A stretch of 64,000 bases of DNA from Phoronis australis (lineage: Eukaryota > Animalia > Phoronida): assembly GCA_002633005.1 (NCBI GenBank), contig NMRA01000123.1:845512-909511 (forward strand), read 5' to 3'. This document shows, in pieces, positions 63,001 through 64,000 of the stretch. The first letter of the stretch is position 1. Each line of letters opens with the position of its first letter. Below the pieces are notes generated by a model. That model was not told the origin of the DNA, ran no database searches, and was given only the letters and a program-made list of their open reading frames with translations. The translations under genes were made by a program, and so were the position numbers.

Positions 63001-64000
63001 TTTCATATTGGTTTTCTTTATTTAATTTTTAATGCTTCTGCCCACTTGTTTTTCGTTTCTTACCGGGAACGGTTTGATAACTTTTTATCTAAGTTTTGAA
63101 CATGAAGTATCAAAACAGTGGCAGATTTTGATTGCCAGCTAAACTTAATTAGTTAAGTTCACTGTGAGCCCATCCCTAAACTTACCACATTACAGGTGCA
63201 CTATACATTCCACGTGTCATTAAAGTTTATTCTTTATTAGAACTTAAATCATAAAATATATACAAAAGTGCAAATATGGTGATAACCAAACTGAAGATTT
63301 GGAGTCTCTGGACGATTTTGGTGGCACTGACTATGTAACTATTCTTATCTTTGTCAGTAATAAAAAAATGAAAAGTGGGCGCAACAACTGTTTCCTGGTC
63401 AAAAATCTGGTTAAACAAGATTGAAAGAATATCAAAAAATGAATCCATGTGATATTGTTAACTCTGATCAGCGTTTGTATATCCACCCAGTATATCAATA
63501 GGCGTGGTAGTTTGCATTTTGAAAATTTGCCATTACGTACACTCAGAGATTTTTAATACAGTTTATGGTCGGATAATAACATTTAATTGGGTCATGCTTG
63601 CATCGGGCAATTCGGTCATCACAATAATTGTACCTGATTCCGGCGCCGCCCTCTCTTTGATCCTGGTACAAGCCACTCAGAAGGACAAGCCGTGAAAATT
63701 CCCGCATATCTTTAGAAATGCTTGACTTCCTTGTAAGCGTATTATTCACGGTATGTTAACAATGCAAACATGTTCCAAACATGCAGAACCATTGTAGTTT
63801 GGAAACAATACCTTGTTTTCAAGCACAAAGGCAAATTCATGCAATTAGTGAATCCAATGCTGGAGTACATAATGGCTCACCTTTACAACACTGTAATCCT
63901 TGTTTGCATTTTATGACCCCAACATTAACCCTTATCCTGCTAAGCCTCTATTCAGACAACTTTCCCTGTGCACTGAGCTAAGTAGGTCACCACTGCTGTG

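Noticed and set aside
63227-63749. Two short minus-strand ORFs, one hydrophobic and one Cys-containing
   Set aside because: No recognisable family, no convincing splice sites, and they end in stops, so they cannot be tied to the large gene.

Overview
Eukaryotic, AT-rich, intron-rich animal DNA. The repeat landscape looks like a marine invertebrate, possibly a mollusc, but that is inference. The ORF track is largely uninformative here, so I rebuilt genes by hand from splice sites and reading-frame phase. Three spliced genes emerge. (1) + strand 76-9636: a complete 9-exon, 293-aa PhyH-family Fe(II)/2-oxoglutarate dioxygenase, similar to L-proline trans-4-hydroxylase or ectoine hydroxylase. (2) - strand 60013->13323, 5' end not resolved: at least 35 exons and about 1835 aa of a single-pass membrane protein. 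Its ectodomain is six tandem copies of a ~240-265-aa module, each encoded by the same 5-exon cassette (an invariant 96-nt Cys-rich exon plus four exons predicted to form two SEA-like alpha/beta domains). A Thr/Pro-rich stalk, a small Cys domain, a TM helix and a ~100-aa cytoplasmic tail follow. (3) + strand 42162-51305: an antisense gene nested in the 14.75-kb intron of gene 2, about 252 aa with all introns in phase 1. One 63-nt exon has been triplicated by a recent 1057-bp tandem duplication, and the protein ends in a proline-kinked hydrophobic hairpin. Introns carry hAT-type MITEs with 8-bp TSDs, a decayed piggyBac, an RNase H-bearing LINE fragment, tRNA-like elements, mini- and microsatellites, and one 137-N assembly gap. 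No prokaryotic features or CRISPR arrays.
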